A stretch of DNA of 64,000 nt from a plasmid: sequence record NZ_CP024426.1. One strand, 5' to 3'. Below the pieces are notes generated by a model, which saw only the letters and a list, made by a program, of their open reading frames with translations, did not search any database and was not told the DNA's origin. This document shows positions 18,972-27,216 of this stretch, one piece after another. Position numbers and translations under genes: made by a program. Each line of letters starts with the position of its first letter. Positions within the stretch are counted from its first letter, which is position 1.

Positions 18972-19208
18972 CCTGGCGCCGCGTCGTCACGGAATTGAGA
19001 AAGATTAGTCATAATAGTCCCTTGCCGGCCGAATCCTCCTGCCCGATAATTGCGCGGAACCCCTTGCAGGTGTGCACCGCCTTGACCTTTCGCCTTGTCC
19101 ATAAGGCCGCCCGTCACAGGGCGGCCGCTTTTGCGTCCGCCGGCGGCTTCCGCGACGGCGCCATGTCGCTGGGCCGGCCCTCTGCCTTTACGTCCGAAAG
19201 ACCCGACC

Positions 19209-22200
19209 ATGCTGGATGAAGACGCCCCCGTCACTCCGCCTGACGCCGTGGGGGTGCTGACCCTGCATGCGGTCCTGGCAGCCAAGGTGAACTTCGCCAG
19301 CGCCCAGAACGGCGTCGCCATCGTCAAGCAGCTCGGCATCGAAAATCCAGGGCCCGACCCGATCCGGGATGTGCGGCTGACGCTCTCGGCCAGTCCCGGC
19401 CTGCTGCGCGACAAGACCTGGGCCATCGACCGCATCGCCCCCGGCACCACGGTGCAGCTGGCCGATCTGGACACGCCCCTGGACACCGCCCTGCTGGGGG
19501 GCCTGGACGAGGCCGAATTCGGCCAGCTGGAATTCCGCCTGACCGCGCAGGACCTGCCCGAGACCACCTCGGCCCACCGGGTCGAGATGCTGGCCCGCGA
19601 CGAATGGGGGGGTCTGGCCGAAATGGACAACATCCTGGCGGCCTTCGTGTCGCCCAACCATCCCGCCGTCGCCCAGATCCTGAAAGAGGCGTCGCGCCTG
19701 CTTGAAGCCGGGGGCTATTCCGGCGCGCTGGACGGCTATCAGTCGGGCGATCCGCTGCGTGCGTGGATGCTGGCGGGCGCCATCTGGTCGGCGGCGACGG
19801 GCTTGGGTCTGTCCTATGCGGTGCCCCCCGCCTCGTTCGAGCAGGCAGGCCAGAAGATCCGCGACCCCGGCCGCGTCCTGGCCGAGGGGCTGGCGACCTG
19901 CCTGGACAGCACGCTGCTGCTGGCCGCCGCCTTCGAGGCCGCGGGGCTGAACACCGCCGTCCTGTTTTCCCAGGGCCATGCCTGGGCCGGGGTCTGGCTG
20001 CAGCGCAAGGACTTTGGCCGCCTGGTCGAACCCGACGTGGTGGCCGTGCGCAAGGCCGTGGCGGCGCGCGAATTCGTGCCGATGGAAACCACGCTGCTGA
20101 CGCGCCGCCCCGCCGTGGGCTTCGAGGAGGCCGTCGATGCCGGCCGCGACCGCCTGTCCGAGGCGCGCGAGGCCGAGTTCATCCAGGCCGTGGACATCAA
20201 CCGCGCCCGCGCCGCCCGCATCCGTCCCCTGGCCAGCCACCGCCCGCAGGACGAGGGGCCGGACGAGCCGGGCACCGCCACCCCCGCCGCCCTGCCCCGC
20301 CCGCTGGACCTGGGCCTCCTGCCGGGCGAGCTGGTGGACGAGACGCCCACCACCGCCATCGGCCGGATCGAGCGCTGGCAGCGCAAGCTGCTGGACCTGT
20401 CGCTGGCCAACCGGCTGCTGAACTTTCGCGAAACCCGCGGCGCGGTGCCGCTGATCTGCCCCGACATTTCGGGGACCGAGGACCGGCTGGCCCATGGCGA
20501 GGTCTTTCGCCTGCTCGCGCTCAAGGACGAACAGGCCGTAGGGGGGCGCGACTTGGCCCCCGAGGACGCGCGGCGGATCGAACTGGACCTGGCCCGCGAC
20601 GCCCTGTCGCGCGGCCAGATCGCGGTGCCGCTGACCGCGCGGGACATGGTCGACCGGCTGACCGAGCTTTACCGCAAGGCCCGCAGCGACCTGGCCGAGG
20701 GCGGCACCAACACGCTCTTCCTGGCCGTGGGTTTCCTGCGCTGGAAACGCCCCGGAGACGACAGCCGGACGCATCGCGCGCCCCTGCTGCTGCTGCCCGC
20801 CCGGCTGGACCGGCGCTCGGCCCAGTCCGAGTTCCGGCTGAGCCAGCTCGAGGACGAGGTGCGCATCAACGCCACCCTGCTGGAGATGCTCAAGCGCGAC
20901 TTCGAACTGCGCATCCCTGAACTCGAGGGAGAGCTGCCGCGCGACGACAGCGGGCTCGACATCGCGCGCCTGCTGGACATCCTGCGCCATCGGGTGCGCG
21001 ACGTGCCCGGCTTCGAGGTGGTCGAGGACTGCGCGCTGTCCACCTTTTCCTTTGCCAAATACCTGATGTGGAAAGACCTGGTGGACCGCACCGACAGCCT
21101 GCGCGAAAGCCGGCTGGTGGCCCATCTGGTCGACAGCCCGACCGAGGTCTTCGCGGGCGCGGCCGTGCCGATGCCGCACCCCCGCGACATCGACCGCAAG
21201 CATGCGCCGGGCGACCTGCTGGCGCCGCTGCCGGCCGACAGCTCGCAGCTTGCGGCGGTGCTGGCCGCGGCCGAGGGGCGCGACTTCGTACTGATCGGCC
21301 CGCCGGGCACCGGCAAAAGCCAGACCATCACCAACATCATCGCCGACCAGCTTGGCCGCGGCCGCACCGTGCTGTTCGTGGCCGAGAAATCGGCGGCGCT
21401 GGACGTGGTCCACCGTCGGCTGGAGCGCCACGGCCTGGGCCATGCGGTGCTGGAACTGCATTCCAGCAAGGCCGACCGCAAAAGCGTCCTGGCCCAGCTT
21501 GGCCGGTCCTGGGACCGCGCCAGCGCGGCCAATGCGCAGGACTGGGTCCGTGTGGCCGAGGATCTGCGCCTGACCCGAGACCAGCTGAACGCCTATGTCG
21601 ATGCGCTGCACCGTCCCAGCACCCAGGGCTTCAGCGTCTATCAGGCGATCGGCCGGGTCGCGGGCGGCACGCCGGGCTTTGCGCTGCGCTTCGACAACAA
21701 GGACTGCCACGATCAGGCCGGATTCCAGCGCCTGCGAACCCTGGCGGCCGATCTGGGCGCGCGCCACCGCATCGTGGCGGGACTTGACCCGCAGGGGCCG
21801 CTGTCGCTGCTGGACCGGGGCGAATGGTCCTTTGGCTGGCAGGACCGTTACCTGGACAGCGCCCGCGCCCTGCGGCGGGCCCGCGCCGCCGCGTCCGAGG
21901 CGGGGCAGGCGCTGGCCGCCCGCCTTGGCCTGACCGGGGCGGACGCCGCCCATCCCGACATTGCCGCGGCCCTGGTCTGGCTTGCCGCCCAGCGGCTGGA
22001 CCAGCCCGCCGTCGCGCCCGAGGCGCTGGCCCTGGCCGAGGCCGGCACCGGCACCGACGCCGCCTTGGCAGCGCTGACCGAGGCGCTGTCGCGCGCGGCC
22101 CAGGCTCGGGCGGCGCTGGCCGCCGACTACCCCGACGAAGGGCTGGCCGACATGCCGCTCGACGCGCTGGACCTGCAATGGCGCGAGGCGCAGGGCAAGT

Positions 22201-25115
22201 CCTGGCCCTTTGCGGGCATGGCGCAGAAAAAGCTGCGCCGGATCCTGCAAAGCTACGCCCGCTCGGGCGAGGCGGACCCGGCGCGCGACCTGCCCGCGCT
22301 GCGCCAGCTTCAGCGCGCCAGACGCGACATCGACGGGTCGGACCTGCGCGGGGTGCCGGGCTTTGCGCAGGAACGCTCGGACCCGGCCCGCATCCGGCAA
22401 GAGCTTGAGGCCGCGCAAGGCTTTCTGGGTCTGGAACGCCACCTGCGGGCGGCCGGACTGCCGGCGTCGGTCCTGGGCGCGCAGCGGGCGGAACTGGCCC
22501 GCGCCTCGGGCGGAGAGATGGCGGGCCTGCTGCGGGCGCTGCGCGACGCCGACCGCGCGACCGAAACGGCGCGCGCGGATTTCGCCGAGCTGGGCGGCGC
22601 CCTGCCCCCGCAGGCCGAGGCGCTGCTGGCCGATCTGGAACCCCTGCAGCACCATTTCAGCGACTGGCTGAAATGGCGCGCGTGTCGCGCCGAGGCCATC
22701 GCCGCCGGGCTGGAGCCGCTGGTCCGCGCCATCGAGGACGGCGCCGCGCTTGCCGACACCGCCTGCGCCTTCGAACAGGCCTACATGGCCTGGTGGCTGC
22801 GCCTGGCGATGGACGCCGAGCCCTGCCTGCGCGGCTTTGCCCATTGGGAGCACGACGCCCTGATCCGCCGGTTCCGCGACCTGGACGACACCTTGGCCAA
22901 CCTCGCCTCGGCCGAGGTGATGCGCCGCTTGGGCAACGACCTGCCCGCGCGTGACAGCGTCCCGCGCAATTCGGAACTGGGCATCCTGCGCCAGCAACTG
23001 GGGCTGCAGCGCCCCTCGCGCGCGATCCGCAGCCTGATCGCCGACATGCCGACGACCTTTGCCCGGCTTGCGCCCTGCGTGCTGATGTCGCCCCTGTCGG
23101 TCGCGCAATACCTGCCCGCGGGCCAGGCGCAGTTCGACCTGGTCATCTTTGACGAGGCCTCGCAGATCTCGACCTGGGATGCCATCGGCGCCATCGCCCG
23201 CGGCCGGCAGGCGATCATCGTGGGCGACCCCAGGCAGTTGCCGCCCACGAACTTCTTCGGGCGCAGCGACGAGGGCGTCGAGGAGGGTGCGGCCCTGGCC
23301 GACCATGAAAGGGACATGCCCTCGATCCTGGACGAGGCGGCGGCGGCGGGCATCCCGACCCACCGCCTGAACTGGCACTATCGCAGCCGGGACGAGGCGC
23401 TGATCGCCTTTTCCAACCACTTCTACTATGACGGGGGGCTTGTCACCTTCCCCTCGCCCGGCGGCGCGGGCGACGCGGTGCGGCTGCACAGGATCGCCGG
23501 CACCTATCAGCGCAGCAAGGGTGCGACCAACCCTGACGAGGCCCGCGCCATCGCGGCCTTCATCCGCAACCGCCTGACGGGCTGGCTGGCCCTGCCCGAA
23601 GCGGCGCGCCCGACGCTGGGGGTCATCACCTTCAACGCCCAGCAGCAGGGGCTGATCCTTGACCTGCTGGACGCCGAGCGCAAGGCCGACCCGGCCCTGG
23701 AATGGTTCTTCGCCGACGAGCGCGAGGAGCCCGTGATCGTCAAGAACCTGGAAAACATCCAGGGCGACGAACGCGACGTGATGCTGTTTTCCGTCACCTT
23801 CGGCCCCGACCAGGCCGGCAAGTTCACCATGAACTTCGGTGCGATGAACAAGGACGGGGGCGAGCGGCGGCTGAACGTGGCGGTGACGCGCGCCCGGGCG
23901 GAACTGCATGTCTTCGCCTCCTTCGGCGCTGACCAGATCGACCTGGGCCGCACCCGCGCGCGGGGCGTGGCCGATCTCAAGGCCTTCCTGGACTTTGCCG
24001 AACGCGGGCCGGTGGCGCTGGCCGCACAGGACAGCGGCTCGGTCGGTCCCGCCGAGTCCCCGTTCGAGGAGGCGGTCCGCGATGCCCTGGCCGCGAAGGG
24101 CTGGCAGGTGCAGACCCAGATCGGCGTCTCGGGCTTTCGCATCGACCTGGGCGTGCGCCATCCCGACCATGCCGGCGTCTGGCTGGCCGGGGTGGAATGC
24201 GACGGGGCACGCTATCATTCATCGGCCACGGCGCGCGACCGCGACCGCATCCGTCAGGCCGTGCTGGAGGGATTGGGCTGGTCCATCCTGCGCGTCTGGT
24301 CCACCGACTGGTTCCGCACCCCGCAGGCCACGGCAGACCGCATCGACACCCGGCTGCGCGAGATCCTGGAGGCCGACCGCGCCCGCCGGGCCGAGGCGGC
24401 GCCCGAGGTCGCGGTCGACCTGCCCGCCCAGCCCGACCTGCCCGCCCAGCCCGACCTGCCAGACCTGCCCGACCTGCCAGACCTTCCCGGCACGGATGAG
24501 GGCCCGGCCGACAGCGTGCCCGGACCGGACGCAGGCCACCCCGCGCCGCCCGCCGACGACGCGTTGCCCGCGACCGATGTCCCCCCTTTGTCCACGCCCC
24601 GGCCCGACCCCGAGCGGTTCTTCGACGCGGATTACACGGCGGACCTGCGGGCGATGATGCGGGACATCGTCGCGGCCGACGGACCCATGCCCGACGCAGC
24701 CCTGGCCCGCAGGATCGCCCAGGCGCATGGCTGGCAGCGGACGGGCGCGCGCATCCAGTCCCGCATCGCGGCGCTGCACGGCGACTTCGACCGGACCGAG
24801 GAAGCCGGGGTCCGCTTTCTGTGGACCCGCGGCGCCGTTCGCGACCGGCTGCCGTTTCGCGGTCTTGGCGAACGGGCGCTGCGCGAGGTGTCGCGGGCCG
24901 AGATCGCCGAGGTGGTGGACCGGAATGCCGACCGGATCGCCGCCGCCCCGGATCCCGACCTGGAGCTGGCGCGGCTGTTGGGCATCGCCCGGCTCAGCAA
25001 GGACGCGCGGGACTATCTGCGGGACTGCCGCGCCTGGCGCGACGAAACCACCCTGCCCCGGCCGGGCGGCACGTCAAAGGCCGGGATCAGCCCTGATAGC
25101 CTCGGCGGCGCTTGA
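19209..25115 (+). CDS. Giant (~1968 aa) SF1 (Upf1/DNA2-like) helicase with a Vsr/DUF559-type endonuclease domain and DUF3320-like C-terminus (DUF4011-helicase family)
   Basis: Walker A GPPGTGKSQTI (~21297-21320). Motif II/III-like FDLVIFDEASQ and IVGDPRQLPPT. Motif VI VAVTRAR. Endonuclease-like GFRIDLGVRH...ECDGARYH block. N-terminal region carries a transglutaminase-like C/H signature (ATCLDS...GHAWAGVW). ORF opens at 19095, but a GC hairpin at 19105-19133 favours the ATG at 19209. Confidence 0.85.
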   Translation: MLDEDAPVTPPDAVGVLTLHAVLAAKVNFASAQNGVAIVKQLGIENPGPDPIRDVRLTLSASPGLLRDKTWAIDRIAPGTTVQLADLDTPLDTALLGGLDEAEFGQLEFRLTAQDLPETTSAHRVEMLARDEWGGLAEMDNILAAFVSPNHPAVAQILKEASRLLEAGGYSGALDGYQSGDPLRAWMLAGAIWSAATGLGLSYAVPPASFEQAGQKIRDPGRVLAEGLATCLDSTLLLAAAFEAAGLNTAVLFSQGHAWAGVWLQRKDFGRLVEPDVVAVRKAVAAREFVPMETTLLTRRPAVGFEEAVDAGRDRLSEAREAEFIQAVDINRARAARIRPLASHRPQDEGPDEPGTATPAALPRPLDLGLLPGELVDETPTTAIGRIERWQRKLLDLSLANRLLNFRETRGAVPLICPDISGTEDRLAHGEVFRLLALKDEQAVGGRDLAPEDARRIELDLARDALSRGQIAVPLTARDMVDRLTELYRKARSDLAEGGTNTLFLAVGFLRWKRPGDDSRTHRAPLLLLPARLDRRSAQSEFRLSQLEDEVRINATLLEMLKRDFELRIPELEGELPRDDSGLDIARLLDILRHRVRDVPGFEVVEDCALSTFSFAKYLMWKDLVDRTDSLRESRLVAHLVDSPTEVFAGAAVPMPHPRDIDRKHAPGDLLAPLPADSSQLAAVLAAAEGRDFVLIGPPGTGKSQTITNIIADQLGRGRTVLFVAEKSAALDVVHRRLERHGLGHAVLELHSSKADRKSVLAQLGRSWDRASAANAQDWVRVAEDLRLTRDQLNAYVDALHRPSTQGFSVYQAIGRVAGGTPGFALRFDNKDCHDQAGFQRLRTLAADLGARHRIVAGLDPQGPLSLLDRGEWSFGWQDRYLDSARALRRARAAASEAGQALAARLGLTGADAAHPDIAAALVWLAAQRLDQPAVAPEALALAEAGTGTDAALAALTEALSRAAQARAALAADYPDEGLADMPLDALDLQWREAQGKSWPFAGMAQKKLRRILQSYARSGEADPARDLPALRQLQRARRDIDGSDLRGVPGFAQERSDPARIRQELEAAQGFLGLERHLRAAGLPASVLGAQRAELARASGGEMAGLLRALRDADRATETARADFAELGGALPPQAEALLADLEPLQHHFSDWLKWRACRAEAIAAGLEPLVRAIEDGAALADTACAFEQAYMAWWLRLAMDAEPCLRGFAHWEHDALIRRFRDLDDTLANLASAEVMRRLGNDLPARDSVPRNSELGILRQQLGLQRPSRAIRSLIADMPTTFARLAPCVLMSPLSVAQYLPAGQAQFDLVIFDEASQISTWDAIGAIARGRQAIIVGDPRQLPPTNFFGRSDEGVEEGAALADHERDMPSILDEAAAAGIPTHRLNWHYRSRDEALIAFSNHFYYDGGLVTFPSPGGAGDAVRLHRIAGTYQRSKGATNPDEARAIAAFIRNRLTGWLALPEAARPTLGVITFNAQQQGLILDLLDAERKADPALEWFFADEREEPVIVKNLENIQGDERDVMLFSVTFGPDQAGKFTMNFGAMNKDGGERRLNVAVTRARAELHVFASFGADQIDLGRTRARGVADLKAFLDFAERGPVALAAQDSGSVGPAESPFEEAVRDALAAKGWQVQTQIGVSGFRIDLGVRHPDHAGVWLAGVECDGARYHSSATARDRDRIRQAVLEGLGWSILRVWSTDWFRTPQATADRIDTRLREILEADRARRAEAAPEVAVDLPAQPDLPAQPDLPDLPDLPDLPGTDEGPADSVPGPDAGHPAPPADDALPATDVPPLSTPRPDPERFFDADYTADLRAMMRDIVAADGPMPDAALARRIAQAHGWQRTGARIQSRIAALHGDFDRTEEAGVRFLWTRGAVRDRLPFRGLGERALREVSRAEIAEVVDRNADRIAAAPDPDLELARLLGIARLSKDARDYLRDCRAWRDETTLPRPGGTSKAGISPDSLGGA
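24418..24483 (+). repeat. In-frame tandem repeat (18 bp x2, then 9 bp x3-4) encoding a (DLPAQP)2(DLP)n linker inside the helicase-nuclease gene
   Basis: cccgcccagcccgacctg duplicated, followed by cc[ac]gacct[gt] units, seen directly. Confidence 0.7.
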
Positions 25116-25377
25116 CGCGGGCCAGGCGCATCAGGGCGGTGATCGCCTCGCCCTCGTCGCGGTGGGGTTCGATCAGCATGTGGCCCCGGGTGCCGATGCG
25201 GCCCCATTCGCGGATCAGGCTGGTGCCGCCGAACAGGTCGCGCTCGACCCTCATGCGGTAATAGCGGTTCATGTTGCGTTCCGCGTCGCAGCGGCGCAAC
25301 CGAAGCTGGCGGGGAAAGACCTCGGCCTGGGGATCGTCGCAGTCTGACATGAGGATGCTGCCTGTTCCGCCGGCCAT
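25087..25377 (-). CDS. Standalone WGR-domain protein
   Basis: YYRMRVERDLFGGTSLIREWGRIGTRGHML...EGEAITALMRLARVKRRRGY is a canonical WGR domain. Convergent with the helicase gene, overlapping it by 29 bp. Confidence 0.7.
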   Translation of the reverse strand: MAGGTGSILMSDCDDPQAEVFPRQLRLRRCDAERNMNRYYRMRVERDLFGGTSLIREWGRIGTRGHMLIEPHRDEGEAITALMRLARVKRRRGYQG

Positions 25378-25416
25378 CCTAGCAGCGAACCGCCCGGGAC
25401 CAAGCGAAAACCGCGC

Positions 25417-26169
25417 TCAGGGCGCCTCGATCCGGTCCAGAAGCTGCACGGACAGGCCGTGCGGCCCATCGGCCACCTGCGCCGTCACGCCAAAGCAGCG
25501 CGCCAGGTTTGCGGACGTCAGAACCTGGCGGGGCAGGCCGTCCGCCATGATCCGGCCCCGGTCCAGCAGCACCAGCCGCGTGCAGTGCCGCCCCGCCAGC
25601 CCCAGGTCGTGAAGCGAGGCAAGGACCGTCCTGCCCGCGTCCGCCAGGCCCCGGAACAGGCGCATGACGCCGATCTGCGCGGCAGGGTCCAGCCCGGCGG
25701 TGGGCTCGTCCGCGATCAGCAGGGGCGTTTCCTGCGCCAGCGCTCGGGCCAGCAGCACGCGCGTCTGTTCGCCCCCCGACAGCGCGGTGGCCGGGCGATG
25801 GCGCAGCGCGCCGATCGACAGCGCCTCCAGCGCACGGTCGACCGCCGCCCGATCCGCCGCCCCGGCGCTGCCCGGATGGGCGATGCGGCCCAGCGAGACC
25901 AGCGCCTCGACCGTCATCGGCCAGGCGATGTCACGCGACTGCGGCATGAAGGCGGCGGCGCGGGCCCGGTCGCGGGGCGGCAGCGTCGCCAGCGAACTGT
26001 GCCCGGTCGCCGGCAAAAGCCCCAGCGCGGCGCGCAGAAGCGTCGTCTTGCCCGCCCCGTTCGGGCCCAGCAGGCCGACGAATTCGCCCGGCCGCAGCAC
26101 CAGCCCGATGTCCTCGATCACCGCGCGGGGGCCGCGCCGGCAGGTCAGTCCCGACAGCACCAGCGTCAT
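25417..26169 (-). CDS. ABC transporter ATP-binding protein (iron-siderophore/cobalamin type, BtuD/FecE-like)
   Basis: Walker A GPNGAGKTT, signature LSGGEQ, Walker B LLIADEPT. Confidence 0.85.
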   Translation of the reverse strand: MTLVLSGLTCRRGPRAVIEDIGLVLRPGEFVGLLGPNGAGKTTLLRAALGLLPATGHSSLATLPPRDRARAAAFMPQSRDIAWPMTVEALVSLGRIAHPGSAGAADRAAVDRALEALSIGALRHRPATALSGGEQTRVLLARALAQETPLLIADEPTAGLDPAAQIGVMRLFRGLADAGRTVLASLHDLGLAGRHCTRLVLLDRGRIMADGLPRQVLTSANLARCFGVTAQVADGPHGLSVQLLDRIEAP

Positions 26170-27158
26170 GGCGCCCGCCCCCGGGTGGCCAGCACCAGAT
26201 GCAGGAAAAAGGGTGCCCCCACCAGCGCCGTCAGCACCCCAAGCTTGAGGTCGCGCCCCGGCAGGACCAGCCGCACCGCGATATCGGCGGCCAGCACCAT
26301 GGCCGCGCCCCCCAGGGCCGAGGCCGCCAGCAGCCGCCCCGGCCGCGCGCCGACGGCGCGGCGCAGCACATGCGGGACGACCAGGCCGACAAAGCCGATG
26401 GCTCCCGCCACCGCCGTCGCGCCCCCGACCAGCGCAGCGCTGCCCAGGACCAGGCGCAGCCGCAGCCGGCGCATGTCGATCCCCAGCGCGGCGGCCCCGT
26501 CCTCGCCCAGGGTCAGCGCGTCCAGGCCCCGGCCGCAGGGCAGGACCAGCGCCGCGCCCAGCCCGATCAGCGGCGCCGCGATCCAGACATGCAGCATCGA
26601 ACGGTCCGCCAGCGAGCCCATCATCCAGAACAGGATCTCGCTGACGGCAAAGGGATTCGGCGACAGGTTCAGCACCAGCGAGGTCGCGGCCCCCGCCAGC
26701 GCCGCAATGGCGATCCCCGCCAGGATCAGCGCCAGCGTGCCGCCGCGCGGCCCGGCCAGCACCAGCACCAGCCCGACCGACAGCATCGCGCCCGCCAGCG
26801 CCATCAGCGGCAGCGCCAGCGGAAAGGCGGCGGCGATCCCCAGGTGGATCGCCAGCACCGCCCCCAGCGCCGCCGAGGCCGAGGTGCCGATCAGCCCGGG
26901 CTCGGCCAGGGGGTTGCGCAACAGCCCCTGCATCGCCGCCCCCGACAGCCCCAGCGCCGCCCCGACCATCAGGCCAAGGGCGGCGCGGGGCAGCCGGATC
27001 TCGCGCAGGACCAGCCCCAGCATCGCGTCGCCCCGCCCGGTCAGGGCGGCGAACGAGGGGCCGATCCCCAGGGGACCGATCAGCAGCGAGGCCAGAAACA
27101 GCGCCGCAACCAGCCCGCCCAGGCCCGCCAGAAGCAGGGGATAGCCGCGCCCCGTCAT
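26166..27158 (-). CDS. FecCD-family ABC permease (BtuC-like)
   Basis: Polytopic protein with FecCD-type sequence. Start at MTGRGYP leaves a 58-bp gap to the receptor gene. Confidence 0.8.
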   Translation of the reverse strand: MTGRGYPLLLAGLGGLVAALFLASLLIGPLGIGPSFAALTGRGDAMLGLVLREIRLPRAALGLMVGAALGLSGAAMQGLLRNPLAEPGLIGTSASAALGAVLAIHLGIAAAFPLALPLMALAGAMLSVGLVLVLAGPRGGTLALILAGIAIAALAGAATSLVLNLSPNPFAVSEILFWMMGSLADRSMLHVWIAAPLIGLGAALVLPCGRGLDALTLGEDGAAALGIDMRRLRLRLVLGSAALVGGATAVAGAIGFVGLVVPHVLRRAVGARPGRLLAASALGGAAMVLAADIAVRLVLPGRDLKLGVLTALVGAPFFLHLVLATRGRAP

Positions 27159-27216
27159 GACCGGGCGGCGCGGCGACGGCAGCCCAGGCCGCGGGCGGGC
27201 GTGCAGGGCCCCCCGC

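Noticed and set aside
19188-24218. 1676-aa minus-strand ORF spanning the helicase-nuclease locus
   Set aside because: Antisense shadow ORF, typical of high-GC DNA. The translation is Arg/Ala/Gly/Pro-rich low complexity without motifs. The plus-strand ORF carries the coherent helicase/nuclease motifs.
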